In this document: piece by piece, positions 30,210 through 39,108 of the stretch
Layout: each line of letters begins with the position of its first letter
Position numbering within the stretch: position 1 is the first letter of the stretch
Source of the DNA: Deltaproteobacteria bacterium
Lineage (GTDB): Bacteria > Bdellovibrionota_C > UBA2361 > SZUA-149 > JAITKM01
Assembly: GCA_031278395.1 (NCBI GenBank)
Contig: JAITKM010000007.1
Span: 139,805-203,804 of the forward strand
Reading direction: 5' to 3'
DNA: 64,000 bases
Made by a program: the position numbers and the translations under genes
The notes under the pieces: generated by a model
The model's database searches: none
Seen by the model: the letters and a program-made list of their open reading frames with translations, nothing else
Told to the model about the DNA's origin: nothing

Positions 30210-30253
30210 AACAGATTATTAGTCTGTTGCTCTACCAACTGAGCTAATCGCCC
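30210..30253 (-). pseudogene. Second tRNA 5'-half fragment (minus strand); no T arm
   Basis: Minus strand reads gggcgattagctcagttggtagagca-acaga-ctaataa-tctgt, giving acceptor 5' strand, D arm and anticodon arm only. It is in inverted orientation relative to the intact tRNA-Arg. Confidence 0.4.
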
Positions 30254-30372
30254 ATAAAGATTTCCGAGTTTTTTTCTGAATCCATTTCAAAAACTTTTAT
30301 AAAAAGTTAAAAATTACTCGCAATATAAAAATTTATAAGCTAGTATGATAAGGAGTAAAAACGAGAGGAAGC

Positions 30373-31302
30373 ATGAACGCAAATCCGTCATATAAAGAAG
30401 AACTTTTAGTCTCTAGGCCCGTCTTAAAATGGGCGGGGGGTAAAGGTCAATTGCTGGAACAAATCACAGCTCGGTTGCCAAATAAACTTAAAGCTGGTGC
30501 TATTAAAAGATATATTGAACCATTTATTGGTGGTGGAGCTGTTTTTTTTGAAATAGCCAATACTTATTTTTTTAAAGAGGCCTTTTTATTTGATATCAAT
30601 CCGGAACTCGTTATTCTTTACAATGTTATCAAAAACGATGTCAAAAAATTGATTGATGAATTAGAGAATATTCAAGCGGCATATTATAGCTCCCAAGATA
30701 GAAACCTATACTACTATGACCGCCGGGATGAATATAACAAAAACAACAAATTTATTGATGCAAATAAGTATACTTCTGATTTTGTAAGGCGGGCGGCTTT
30801 AACCATTTTTTTAAATCGAACCTGTTTTAATGGACTTTTCAGAGTAAACAAAAAAGGGTTATTTAACGTTCCAGTGGGTCAGTATAAAAATCCAAAAATA
30901 TTAGATGCGGAAAACTTGTTGAATGTATCTGCCGTATTGCAAAATGCAATAATACACCAAGCTGATTTTGCTGTCGCACAAGAATACGCCAACAAAGATA
31001 CTTTTATTTATTATGATCCGCCATATCGGCCAGTTAGGGAAACGTCCAGTTTTAATTCGTATGCCGCCATTGATTTTGATGATGCGGAACAAGAGCGTTT
31101 ACATGATTTGTTTGTTGCGGTTGGGAATAAGAGTGCATTACAAATGCTTTCTAATTCTGACCCGACAAATTACATCTCCGATCCATTTTTTGATGATTTA
31201 TACAAAGGTTTTAAAATAAATCGGGTTATGGCAAAACGTCTTATCAATGCCAATGCTGATGGTCGTAACGAAATCCGCGAATTATTGATTACAAATTATT
31301 AA
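30373..31302 (+). CDS. Dam-like (alpha-class, D12) N6-adenine DNA methyltransferase; M1 of a DpnII/MboI-type R-M system
   Basis: PVLKWAGGKGQLL, motif I YIEPFIGGGAVFF, motif IV IYYDPPY. Confidence 0.85.
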   Translation: MNANPSYKEELLVSRPVLKWAGGKGQLLEQITARLPNKLKAGAIKRYIEPFIGGGAVFFEIANTYFFKEAFLFDINPELVILYNVIKNDVKKLIDELENIQAAYYSSQDRNLYYYDRRDEYNKNNKFIDANKYTSDFVRRAALTIFLNRTCFNGLFRVNKKGLFNVPVGQYKNPKILDAENLLNVSAVLQNAIIHQADFAVAQEYANKDTFIYYDPPYRPVRETSSFNSYAAIDFDDAEQERLHDLFVAVGNKSALQMLSNSDPTNYISDPFFDDLYKGFKINRVMAKRLINANADGRNEIRELLITNY

Positions 31303-31361
31303 AATTTTGTGTTGATTGTTATGTCTGGTTGAAGTATTATTTCTACAAACAGGAATAAAAA

Positions 31362-31703
31362 ATGAATAAATCTGAGTTATTAAAAGATATGACTGACAGC
31401 AAATTTACTATTATTGATGCTGTTGAGGTCGGTCACAAATATCGATTAGCGATATACAAAGGCACTAAAACCGAAAGCATATTTGATTTTGTTGTCAGAT
31501 ATCGTGAAAATTTTAATACTGGTTGGTCTCGTATCCGAACACCTAAGCATGTACACTGGATTGTGGATATTCTGATAAAACGTTCTCATGACCGTGAAGA
31601 AACCTTGCTTTTTGTAAGAGAGTTTGAAAAATTATGGAACTCCATAAAGCCAATAACAATTCAGGGGGAGCTGGATACCTTATTAAGCAGGTTATCGATT
31701 TAA
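31362..31703 (+). CDS. Hypothetical 113-aa protein inserted between the two methyltransferase genes
   Basis: ORF with an RBS (aggaataaaaaatg). It has no HTH-like controller-protein features and no recognisable domain. Confidence 0.4.
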   Translation: MNKSELLKDMTDSKFTIIDAVEVGHKYRLAIYKGTKTESIFDFVVRYRENFNTGWSRIRTPKHVHWIVDILIKRSHDREETLLFVREFEKLWNSIKPITIQGELDTLLSRLSI

Positions 31704-31869
31704 AGATTTCTCCCCACAGCATCAATGAAATCTGACCTCCATGATACAGAATTCTTGTTTAAAATGATGTATCTGATAATGGTTCAAGAAAAAACGAACG
31801 ACCCCACAGGAACTTTAACTAGTGGCATTATTTATAAGTTAAAACATCAAGAAGATTGGTTTGGTTTAT

Positions 31870-32653
31870 TATGAGCGTAAAACCATACAGACTTTATTGT
31901 GCTGACTGTCTGGAACAATTAAAAGAAATTCCAGAAAATACTTTTGATATGATATTCGCAGATCCGCCATATATGCTTTCAAACGGAGGCATAAGCTGTC
32001 AGAGTGGCAAAGTTGTTTCGGTTAACAAAGGTGGCTGGGATAAAAGCCAAGGCTTTGAAAAAGACTTTGAGTTTCACAAACAATGGCTTGAACTTTGCAA
32101 AAGAGTCTTAAAACCTCATGGAACGTTATGGGTTTCTGGAACCTATCACAGCATTTACTCTTGTGGCTTTGCGCTGCAATTGCTCGGATATCATATTTTG
32201 AATGATATTTCTTGGTTCAAACCGAATGCCAGCCCCAATATGTCCTGTCGGTATTTTACCGCCAGCCATGAAACTTTAATTTGGGTTAGAAAAGATAAAG
32301 ATAGCAAACATATCTTCAATTATGAAGCAATGAAGAATGGCAGTTTCCCAAAGGATTTTTTGAAAAAGGCGGATACTCAAATGCGCAGCGTATGGGCGAT
32401 TGGAACGCCAGCCATGTCCGAAAAATCTCATGGAAAACATCCCACACAAAAACCGATAGATTTATTGGAACGCATTATTTTAGCATCTACTAATCCCGGA
32501 GCTTTAATTTTAGATCCATTCATGGGGAGTGGCACGACCGGTGTCGCGGCCATAAAATTAGGCCGGAAATTTGTAGGCATTGAAAAAGAACAACTATTCA
32601 TTGAATTGGCAGAAAAAAGATTGTACGATGCAACTATAAGCGCTGGAGAATAA
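31870..32653 (+). CDS. Beta-class N6-adenine/N4-cytosine DNA methyltransferase (DpnA/M2-like)
   Basis: Motif IV DMIFADPPY lies near the N-terminus and motif I ILDPFMGSGTTGVAA near the C-terminus (beta permutation). The ORF track opens at a TTG (31856); the ATG at ~31870 (MSVKPY) is more likely. Confidence 0.8.
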
Positions 32654-32654
32654 T

Positions 32655-33566
32655 ATGAAGCAAAACCCATCTTTCCAAAAAATATTAAATTGCAAAACCA
32701 GTGATGACGTTTTTGAATGTTTGGTTTCTAACTTGAAGCAAACCATTAAATCTTGGGATTACTTTGTTAATTGGAGCAAGGTTATTAAAAATTACAGGGA
32801 TATTGAAACAAGGCTAAATATCCTCAATACGTTGATTGGCAAGTCTGATATCAAAAAAGAAGCTAAAGAGTTATTGAATAAATATCCAGAAATCATGCCT
32901 ATTGTTCCAGATCTTCTAGCTTATAGAGATAGACAGGTTAATATTCTTTCCGACTTTAAAACTTTTGGTTTTGAAAGCTATGATTTTTCAAAACCTATCA
33001 ATGTTGATAAAGCTGTAAAATTTTTGGATAAAAGCGGATTCCTTAAATTACTTTCGGATAGAAATATCAAATCCATACCGGATTATTTCATTGGTATAGG
33101 GGTTGGATTAGACAGTAATGGTCGCAAAAATCGTAGCGGAACAGCTATGGAGGACATTATCGAATTTTTTGTTAAAGATCTTTGTGATAGAAATGGGTTT
33201 GAATATATTACCCAAGCAACTGCGGATAAAATAAAATCAAAATGGGACAAGACTATTACTGTTAATAAATCCTCAAAGCGAATTGATTTTGCAATTAACA
33301 CTCCGGGAAAACTTTACCTAATTGAAACTAATTTTTATGACGGTGGTGGCTCTAAATTAAAATCGACAGCTGGAGAATATATTGATTCTTACAACCAATG
33401 GACAAACGATGGACATCAATTTATTTGGATTACAGATGGATCTGGCTGGAAATCCACAAGGGGACCGTTAAGAGATACTTTCGATGTGATTGATTACATT
33501 TTGAATATCGATATGGTTCAAAAAGGCATTTTGGAAAATCTAATTATAGAAAAGGATAAGGTGTGA
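32655..33566 (+). CDS. Type II restriction endonuclease, DpnII/MboI (GATC) family-like
   Basis: 303 aa; overlaps the stop of M2. Segments GIGVGLDSNGRKNRSGTAMEDI, YLIETNFYDGGGSKLKSTAGEY and WITDGSGW resemble the DpnII endonuclease family as I recall it; the M1-M2-R gene order matches DpnII/LlaDCHI. Confidence 0.55.
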   Translation: MKQNPSFQKILNCKTSDDVFECLVSNLKQTIKSWDYFVNWSKVIKNYRDIETRLNILNTLIGKSDIKKEAKELLNKYPEIMPIVPDLLAYRDRQVNILSDFKTFGFESYDFSKPINVDKAVKFLDKSGFLKLLSDRNIKSIPDYFIGIGVGLDSNGRKNRSGTAMEDIIEFFVKDLCDRNGFEYITQATADKIKSKWDKTITVNKSSKRIDFAINTPGKLYLIETNFYDGGGSKLKSTAGEYIDSYNQWTNDGHQFIWITDGSGWKSTRGPLRDTFDVIDYILNIDMVQKGILENLIIEKDKV

Positions 33567-34392
33567 GAAAAAATATTGATATCACAGAGCAAGAATATAA
33601 AACCACCATACAAAAATTCTATGAATATTTTGAAAATGGATATCTTTTTGAAAACTTCTTAAAATCGTTTTTAGACAAAATAGGACTTGATGAAATATCT
33701 GTTACTCAACGTTCTCGCGATGGAGGTTTTGATTTAAAAGCATCTCGCTTTGGTGTTGGAGGCTTTAGTGAAGCCGATGCAGTAAATTACTATGTACAAG
33801 CGAAGAAATGTTCTCCAGAACAACGTATATCTGTCAAAGCAATCAGAGAATTAAAGGGCCTTATTCCCTTCGGGCATAAGGGAATTTTTATTACAACTGC
33901 AAAATTTTCCGCTGATGCAGAAAAGGAATCGAATAACGATCCATCAAACCAGTTGTACTTATTGATGGAAAATCTCTTGTTAGCAGCTGTATAGATCATG
34001 AAATAGGTTTTACTTTTAAACCCATATTCAACAAAGCTGCTATGGATGAATTAAAGCAAATTCATTATCCCGAAACATCGGAAGCAGAAGCAAATGAGAA
34101 TGAAAATACACTCGTTGTGGAACGACAAATAACGCTAAACGACATGAGATCTAGAATATTTCCTATTCCCCGCCTAATAAAAGATAATATGCCAGAGGGT
34201 TTATCTAAAATGGATGTATATTTAGAGGATGGGTCAAAAATAACATTGTCTGTCGATAAAGCAGGCCGTTATTTAGCCGGCATAACTAAGCTCTATAAGA
34301 AAGAGGGCTTGATCTTAGAAGACGGAAGCTTTAATCCCAAAAAATCTATCTGGACGTTATCTTCTGGTGTATTAAAGATATCTTTTTCATAA
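33563..34392 (+). pseudogene. Mrr-like (Mrr_cat) restriction endonuclease gene interrupted by a frameshift
   Basis: ORF 33563..33994 carries the Mrr catalytic core (RDGGFDLKAS...YVQAKK...GIFITTAKFSADAE). The continuation (KPVVLIDGKSLVSSCIDHEIGF, the typical Mrr C-terminal block) lies in another frame running into ORF 34042..34392. The shift maps to an A-run near 33945. The start overlaps the REase stop (ATGA), suggesting translational coupling. Confidence 0.5.
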
Positions 34393-34620
34393 AATGGGCT
34401 TTATGCCAACAGATCTAAAAAACAATGTATGAGTTTTTCTAAACGCGCAATGAGTAAAAAAATGTGAAAATTTGCTTGTCGGGATAGCCACGACAAGTCA
34501 GATACATAAGGGAATATGTAAAATAAAAAATCCGTGCGAATTTATTGTTTTTATTGTTTTTCTAGCAAAAGTTGAATAGACTTCCTTAAACTGGATTTAG
34601 TGTAAAAAAAGGAAGAAGAA

Positions 34621-35526
34621 ATGCGGATAGCAGAGATTAAAATACGAAATTTTAGAAAACTTAAAGAAGTGGTGATAGATTTTCATTCTAAAAAAACCGT
34701 ATTTATTGGTGCAAACAATAGTGGAAAAACAAGCGCTATAACTGCTATGTGTTTATTTTTAGAAGATAACCAAAAATTCTCAACCTATGATTTTCCGTTA
34801 TCAAATCATCTAAAAGTCAATGAACTTTTTGAAAAAGAGGTCGAACCATCAAAACAAGAAGTGGATGGTGTTTTTCCCGCTCTTGATTTATGGTTTTATG
34901 TCGAAGACAAAGATATTCATCATGTAAGCCAGCTATTGCCTACATTAGATTGGACGGGTGGCGACTTAGGAGTTCGTTTGCGATATGAAATAAAAGATAT
35001 TGCTAAATTGTTTAGCGACTATAAAAGCGCTCGAGATAAAATCAAAGGTAAAAATGGCCTATTTCCAAAAGATATGATGGATTACCTTTCAAAAAATCTT
35101 TCCGACCATTTTGAAATTCGTCGTTATGTCCTCGACCCTGCCCAAAAGGCTAAAATCCAAACTCAAGAAACTTTGGGAGAAAAATTAGAAATTAACCCAC
35201 TAGATAACATTCTACGAATAAATACAATTAACGCGCAACGTGGTATGAGTGATGAAGTCGCAGACGCAAAACAATCAGAAAAACAAAAATTAACAGCGTT
35301 AATGACAAAGTATTACACTTCTCATCTTGATCCCAATACAGGAGAAATGACCGAAAAAGATATAAAGGCACTTGAAACATTAAACACGGCAACAGAAGAT
35401 TTTACTAAAAATATGAGAGCCAACTTCAAGCCAGCCTTGGAAGAAATTGCAAAAATTGGATACCCACCTTTTGGAGCACCGGATATTACTATCAACCTTA
35501 TTATATCTACCTTATCAAACAGATAA
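34621..35526 (+). CDS. AAA/ABC-type ATPase N-terminal fragment (OLD/AAA_15-like); probable remnant of a defence gene
   Basis: MRIAEIKIRNFRKL...VFIGANNSGKTSAI (Walker A); 301 aa with no signature motif, Walker B or nuclease domain before the stop. Confidence 0.45.
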   Translation: MRIAEIKIRNFRKLKEVVIDFHSKKTVFIGANNSGKTSAITAMCLFLEDNQKFSTYDFPLSNHLKVNELFEKEVEPSKQEVDGVFPALDLWFYVEDKDIHHVSQLLPTLDWTGGDLGVRLRYEIKDIAKLFSDYKSARDKIKGKNGLFPKDMMDYLSKNLSDHFEIRRYVLDPAQKAKIQTQETLGEKLEINPLDNILRINTINAQRGMSDEVADAKQSEKQKLTALMTKYYTSHLDPNTGEMTEKDIKALETLNTATEDFTKNMRANFKPALEEIAKIGYPPFGAPDITINLIISTLSNR

Positions 35527-35625
35527 GGTGTTCCATGATATAAAGTTAATACACTATCCGACAAATTACTCTTTTTGTTGGCGTTGTTGTATAAAAAGTA
35601 TTTTGATTTAGTTTAATTTAGACAA

Positions 35626-35784
35626 TTATGAAATTTTGCTTTCTTTATAAACTACGTGTTTGCGAACAACTGGATCATATTTTTTAAGTTCTAATTTTTC
35701 TGTTTTGCCTTTTTTATTTTTGGCAGTTGTATAAAAATGTCCAGTTTTTGCAGAAGATACTAATTTGATTAAATCTCTTGGCAT
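35626..35784 (-). CDS. rpmG: 50S ribosomal protein L33
   Basis: The minus-strand ORF translates to [52 protein letters not shown] (52 aa), a close match to bacterial L33. It is below the ORF-track length cutoff. Confidence 0.8.
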   Translation of the reverse strand: MPRDLIKLVSSAKTGHFYTTAKNKKGKTEKLELKKYDPVVRKHVVYKESKIS

Positions 35785-35878
35785 AATAATTTACCTTTAG
35801 AATAAAATTAAATAAAAAATGAAAGCGCTTTGATAGCAACTTACTGATATTATTGCAAACCTGTTTGTAAAAATATTA

Positions 35879-36097
35879 CTAATTAGTATATTTCTTTAAT
35901 TCTTTGTCTAAATCATCAAAACTTTTTCCAGAGATAGTATCTAGTTCATCAACTATATTGTCTTCGGCGAAGAACCAATTATAATAAGAAATGGCAATGA
36001 CAATTATTATAAAAGCCACGACTAATATTATAGCTCTACTAGCTATCTGAGAATTAGAAGGATATTTAATGCCTAAATCATTTGTTTTGTTTTCCAT
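35879..36097 (-). CDS. Hypothetical small membrane protein (72 aa, one TM helix)
   Basis: ORF with a hydrophobic core AIILVVAFIIIVIAISYY. Confidence 0.3.
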   Translation of the reverse strand: MENKTNDLGIKYPSNSQIASRAIILVVAFIIIVIAISYYNWFFAEDNIVDELDTISGKSFDDLDKELKKYTN

Positions 36098-36550
36098 ATT
36101 AATTACTTAAAATAAACAGAAAAGTTTATATTTTTAGCCTAACAACAGCCGGGAGGCAAATAATATAAATTAACTTTGATTACAAGATGCTTTTAAAAAA
36201 TTGAATGTTTTCGAGTTTTCGATAAATAAAATAGTTATAGCCTGCGTTGTTGGATTTATAATCTAATTTAAAATATAGACTTGTGCTTTTAGGGTCGCAA
36301 ACATATCTCTCCGTCATTTAACTTAACCTCAAGTTGTTTGACGTTAACCCGTTAGCTAATAACTCCTATAACTATTGTGTTATATTTGCCATTTGACTAA
36401 AAATATTTGCCTATTATTTTAATAGCTTATTTATTGTTTTTTATAACTACCTAATTTTATTAGTTTTTAAAAAAATAATACATGGTCACAAAAAAATATA
36501 ATTCATGTATAAGAGTTTTGAAGTTTATTGATAACTTGAATAGGTATTTT

Positions 36551-37180
36551 ATGAAAAATTTATTACTTTTTGCAATATTAACAGTTTTTATTAGTTTTCC
36601 GAGCCATTCAAGTGCATATGTTTATAGCTATAATAAAAACTATAATACTAATAATAGTGCGATTTATTCAAAAAAGACAACGGCTTATAATAATATTTAT
36701 AACCCTCTTAGAAAACATTCAAACATTCCAAGTTTAAGATCTGTTAATCCATATGAAGCAAGGCGAATTGATTATGTGCTGAAACAAGAAAAATATTTTA
36801 GGGATTTAGCTTTGGCTGAAGCTAGAGCCGACGCTAATTATGCAAAAAGGAGATTAATTAGGCAGGAAAAAGAACGTAGAGTAGAAGAACAAGCTAAAAG
36901 ACGTTTAGTTAGAAATCAGCAACTAGCCGCTAAAAATAATAAAAACAAGGTGAAAACTGACCAATTATTATTGGCTGACAAAAAATTGCTTTTGGACAAA
37001 AAGGATAAAAAGAACTTAGAAGTTGTCAAGAGTTCTGATTTTAATATGATTTCTGACTCATTAGAACAAAATGCAGATTATAAATATATTCCCAAAAAAC
37101 AGGAAAAAGTCGTTTTGGCAACAACCGAACAGCCTTCATTTTTTCAACGTTTAAGATGGGCGTTATTTGGTAGAAATTAA
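36551..37180 (+). CDS. Hypothetical secreted, highly charged protein
   Basis: Signal peptide MKNLLLFAILTVFISFPSHSSA, then a K/R/E-rich coiled region. The ORF track opens at 36482; the ATG at 36551 gives a canonical signal peptide. Confidence 0.4.
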   Translation: MKNLLLFAILTVFISFPSHSSAYVYSYNKNYNTNNSAIYSKKTTAYNNIYNPLRKHSNIPSLRSVNPYEARRIDYVLKQEKYFRDLALAEARADANYAKRRLIRQEKERRVEEQAKRRLVRNQQLAAKNNKNKVKTDQLLLADKKLLLDKKDKKNLEVVKSSDFNMISDSLEQNADYKYIPKKQEKVVLATTEQPSFFQRLRWALFGRN

Positions 37181-37269
37181 AAACATTTTTCGTAAAAAAT
37201 ATAAAACCTATTAAAATTCCAAATAGCAGAGTTCAATAAGACCTCTGCTATTTTTTTTGTGTAAAATCA

Positions 37270-37947
37270 ATGGCAATTCCTAAAAATATTTGCTTTTTTG
37301 TAATTTTTTATTTTTTTCTAGCTCCCCCCCTATCAGCGGCAGAAAATAAAGGGGTTTATAAATATATTCGTGAGGACGGCGAGGTAATTTATACTACAAC
37401 GCCACAGAACAAAGGTGACCTTCCTGAACAATTACCTGAAATAAAAAAGGAGAATTTAACTTCCAAAGTTGAGAACCTGAAGCAAAATACTCCACGGACT
37501 TGTGAAGATCATGGAGGTATTAATTGCCAAGCTGGAGCTGGAGTTGAGAAAAACGTAATTTGTCATGATGGCTGGACTCAAGCAGAAATCCCTTATCGTT
37601 TAGCTTGTGTTAATGTTGTGTTAAAAATTATTAACACTAGTTTGGTTGGGCAAGATGGACAAATTATGGATTATGATAAAAAAAAGAATATCCTAGATGA
37701 AATTAAGCTAAAACGCGCTACAGCTGTGCAATTTACGGTTAGAAACAATAATACAGTTAAGGCTAAAGATGTCTTGCTCGCGCTGCAAATTTCACGGAAT
37801 GAAAAGATTACCGCGCTAGGTAGCAACTATATTGAGCCATATGCTGTCGAAGATTATATTTTTCCTATTGCTGAGTTTCTTAAACAACCTAAACTCAAAT
37901 ATTTTAACACTGGCTTAATTAAATTAGAGTGTTCAAATTGTATGTAG
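37270..37947 (+). CDS. Secreted protein with a DUF4124-like N-terminal domain
   Basis: Signal peptide, then VYKYIREDGEVIYTTTPQ, which resembles the DUF4124 motif. Confidence 0.4.
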   Translation: MAIPKNICFFVIFYFFLAPPLSAAENKGVYKYIREDGEVIYTTTPQNKGDLPEQLPEIKKENLTSKVENLKQNTPRTCEDHGGINCQAGAGVEKNVICHDGWTQAEIPYRLACVNVVLKIINTSLVGQDGQIMDYDKKKNILDEIKLKRATAVQFTVRNNNTVKAKDVLLALQISRNEKITALGSNYIEPYAVEDYIFPIAEFLKQPKLKYFNTGLIKLECSNCM

Positions 37948-38088
37948 GTACATAGATGAGATAAAAGAGATGTATGCGGCAAAGTAAAATGCCGAGAAAA
38001 TTCTCAGGTATACACGCCGCCGTCGCAGGAAGAACTCGAAAATTACACAGGGATAACCCTATTACTTCATTTCAGCAGTCCAGACATC

Positions 38089-38340
38089 CGCCAGATTCTC
38101 CGCCTGCTTTATAACAAGCTCTATTGCGGCGGGCTGTTTGTCCGGCGGATAGCCATATTTATTAAGTATCCTTTGGACGCTGACCATAATGCGGGCGCGG
38201 AGCTGTCTCTTTGATGGCAAAGTCAATGGTCGCGTTTTTTCTGACCTTGTCCGCTATCTTGCGGACGATTTCCCGAGGCTGCCCTTATTCCATAAAGTCG
38301 AGTGGTTGCCCGTTCAGCGTTGACTTTACCTCTCTCCACA
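38089..38340 (-). pseudogene. hsdR: hsdR (Type I restriction subunit) C-terminal remnant with frameshifts
   Basis: Minus-strand frames give ...LNKYGYPPDKQPAAIELVIKQAENLADVWTAEMK* and, after a shift, REIVRKIADKVRKNATIDFAIKETA, matching the HsdR C-terminal domain; the N-terminal ~90% is missing. Confidence 0.5.
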
Positions 38341-38375
38341 TTGGCATATATTTATCCATTAAAGCGACAAACTTT

Positions 38376-38831
38376 TTATTGTGCTTTTTTCTCAACAAGG
38401 TGAACTAATTCGTGGATAACGACGTATTCGAGGCTTTCCGGCGTTTTCTTGGCAAGCTGTGTGTTCAGCCTATTTTTCCTGTGTTTGTGTTGCTCGTTCC
38501 CCAACGGGTGGTCATGTATTTGGTTTGCCACGTTGAAGTGCGCGTTATCTATAATCCCTCGGAGGTTGTTCGCCTCGGCAAGGCGGGCGATGACTTTATC
38601 CATTTCTTCGCCGATGTTCTTATTGCCGATAAGCGCAAGCATATCATCAAAACTCCCGCCTTCGGGAACGTCGATGTCGCCGTATGCCACGCCTTTGAAC
38701 TTGTCCGACACATACTTCACGAACAAAAGCGTCAGTATGTAATCTTTGTATTGTGAACTGTCCATGCCGCCGCGCAAGCTGTCGCAGCTTACCCAAAGGC
38801 TTGAATAGAGTTCACTTTTCTTGACCGCCAT
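38376..38831 (-). pseudogene. hsdM: In-frame chimera of an HsdM N-terminal domain (~100 aa) and a DUF45/YgjP-like metallohydrolase C-terminus
   Basis: N-terminus MAVKKSELYSSLWVSCDSLRGGMDSSQYKDYILTLLFVKYVSDKF matches HsdM_N; C-terminus PESLEYVVIHELVHLVEKK matches the DUF45 HExxH region; the methyltransferase catalytic domain is absent. Confidence 0.55.
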
Positions 38832-39108
38832 TAGCTATCCCTCCGAGTTGTGCATCTATATAAGAATTAGTGCGCTGTTAGTTTTCTTCAGCGCTCTCGC
38901 CGGAAATTAAGTAACTGCCCAGTTCAGGCGTGTATATGTTAAATGCTCGGGGTGAGGGGGGCGTTTGTTGAACCATCCCCTCGGAAAACAGTCAGCATTA
39001 ATCTCGCGAGGCACGAATGTATAACCTCCTAACCGAATAAGTGATCGATTGGTCGAGTCGCAATAATGACACGCGGCGCTTGATACACTAAGAGTGTAAT
39101 TCTGTAAA

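Larger units (their letters stand above)
37960..39105. other. ~1.1 kb patch of markedly higher G+C than its surroundings, carrying decayed Type I R-M genes
   Basis: Visibly GC-rich (gccgccgtcgcagg..., ggggtgaggggggcg) against ~33% GC flanks. Confidence 0.6.

Noticed and set aside
35322-35564. 80-aa minus-strand ORF
   Set aside because: It is antisense to the 3' end of the ATPase fragment and has no features.
38211-38756. + strand ORFs 38211..38408, 38412..38756 and 38449..38742
   Set aside because: They are antisense to the Type I R-M remnants, whose translations show clear HsdM/HsdR/DUF45 similarity on the minus strand.
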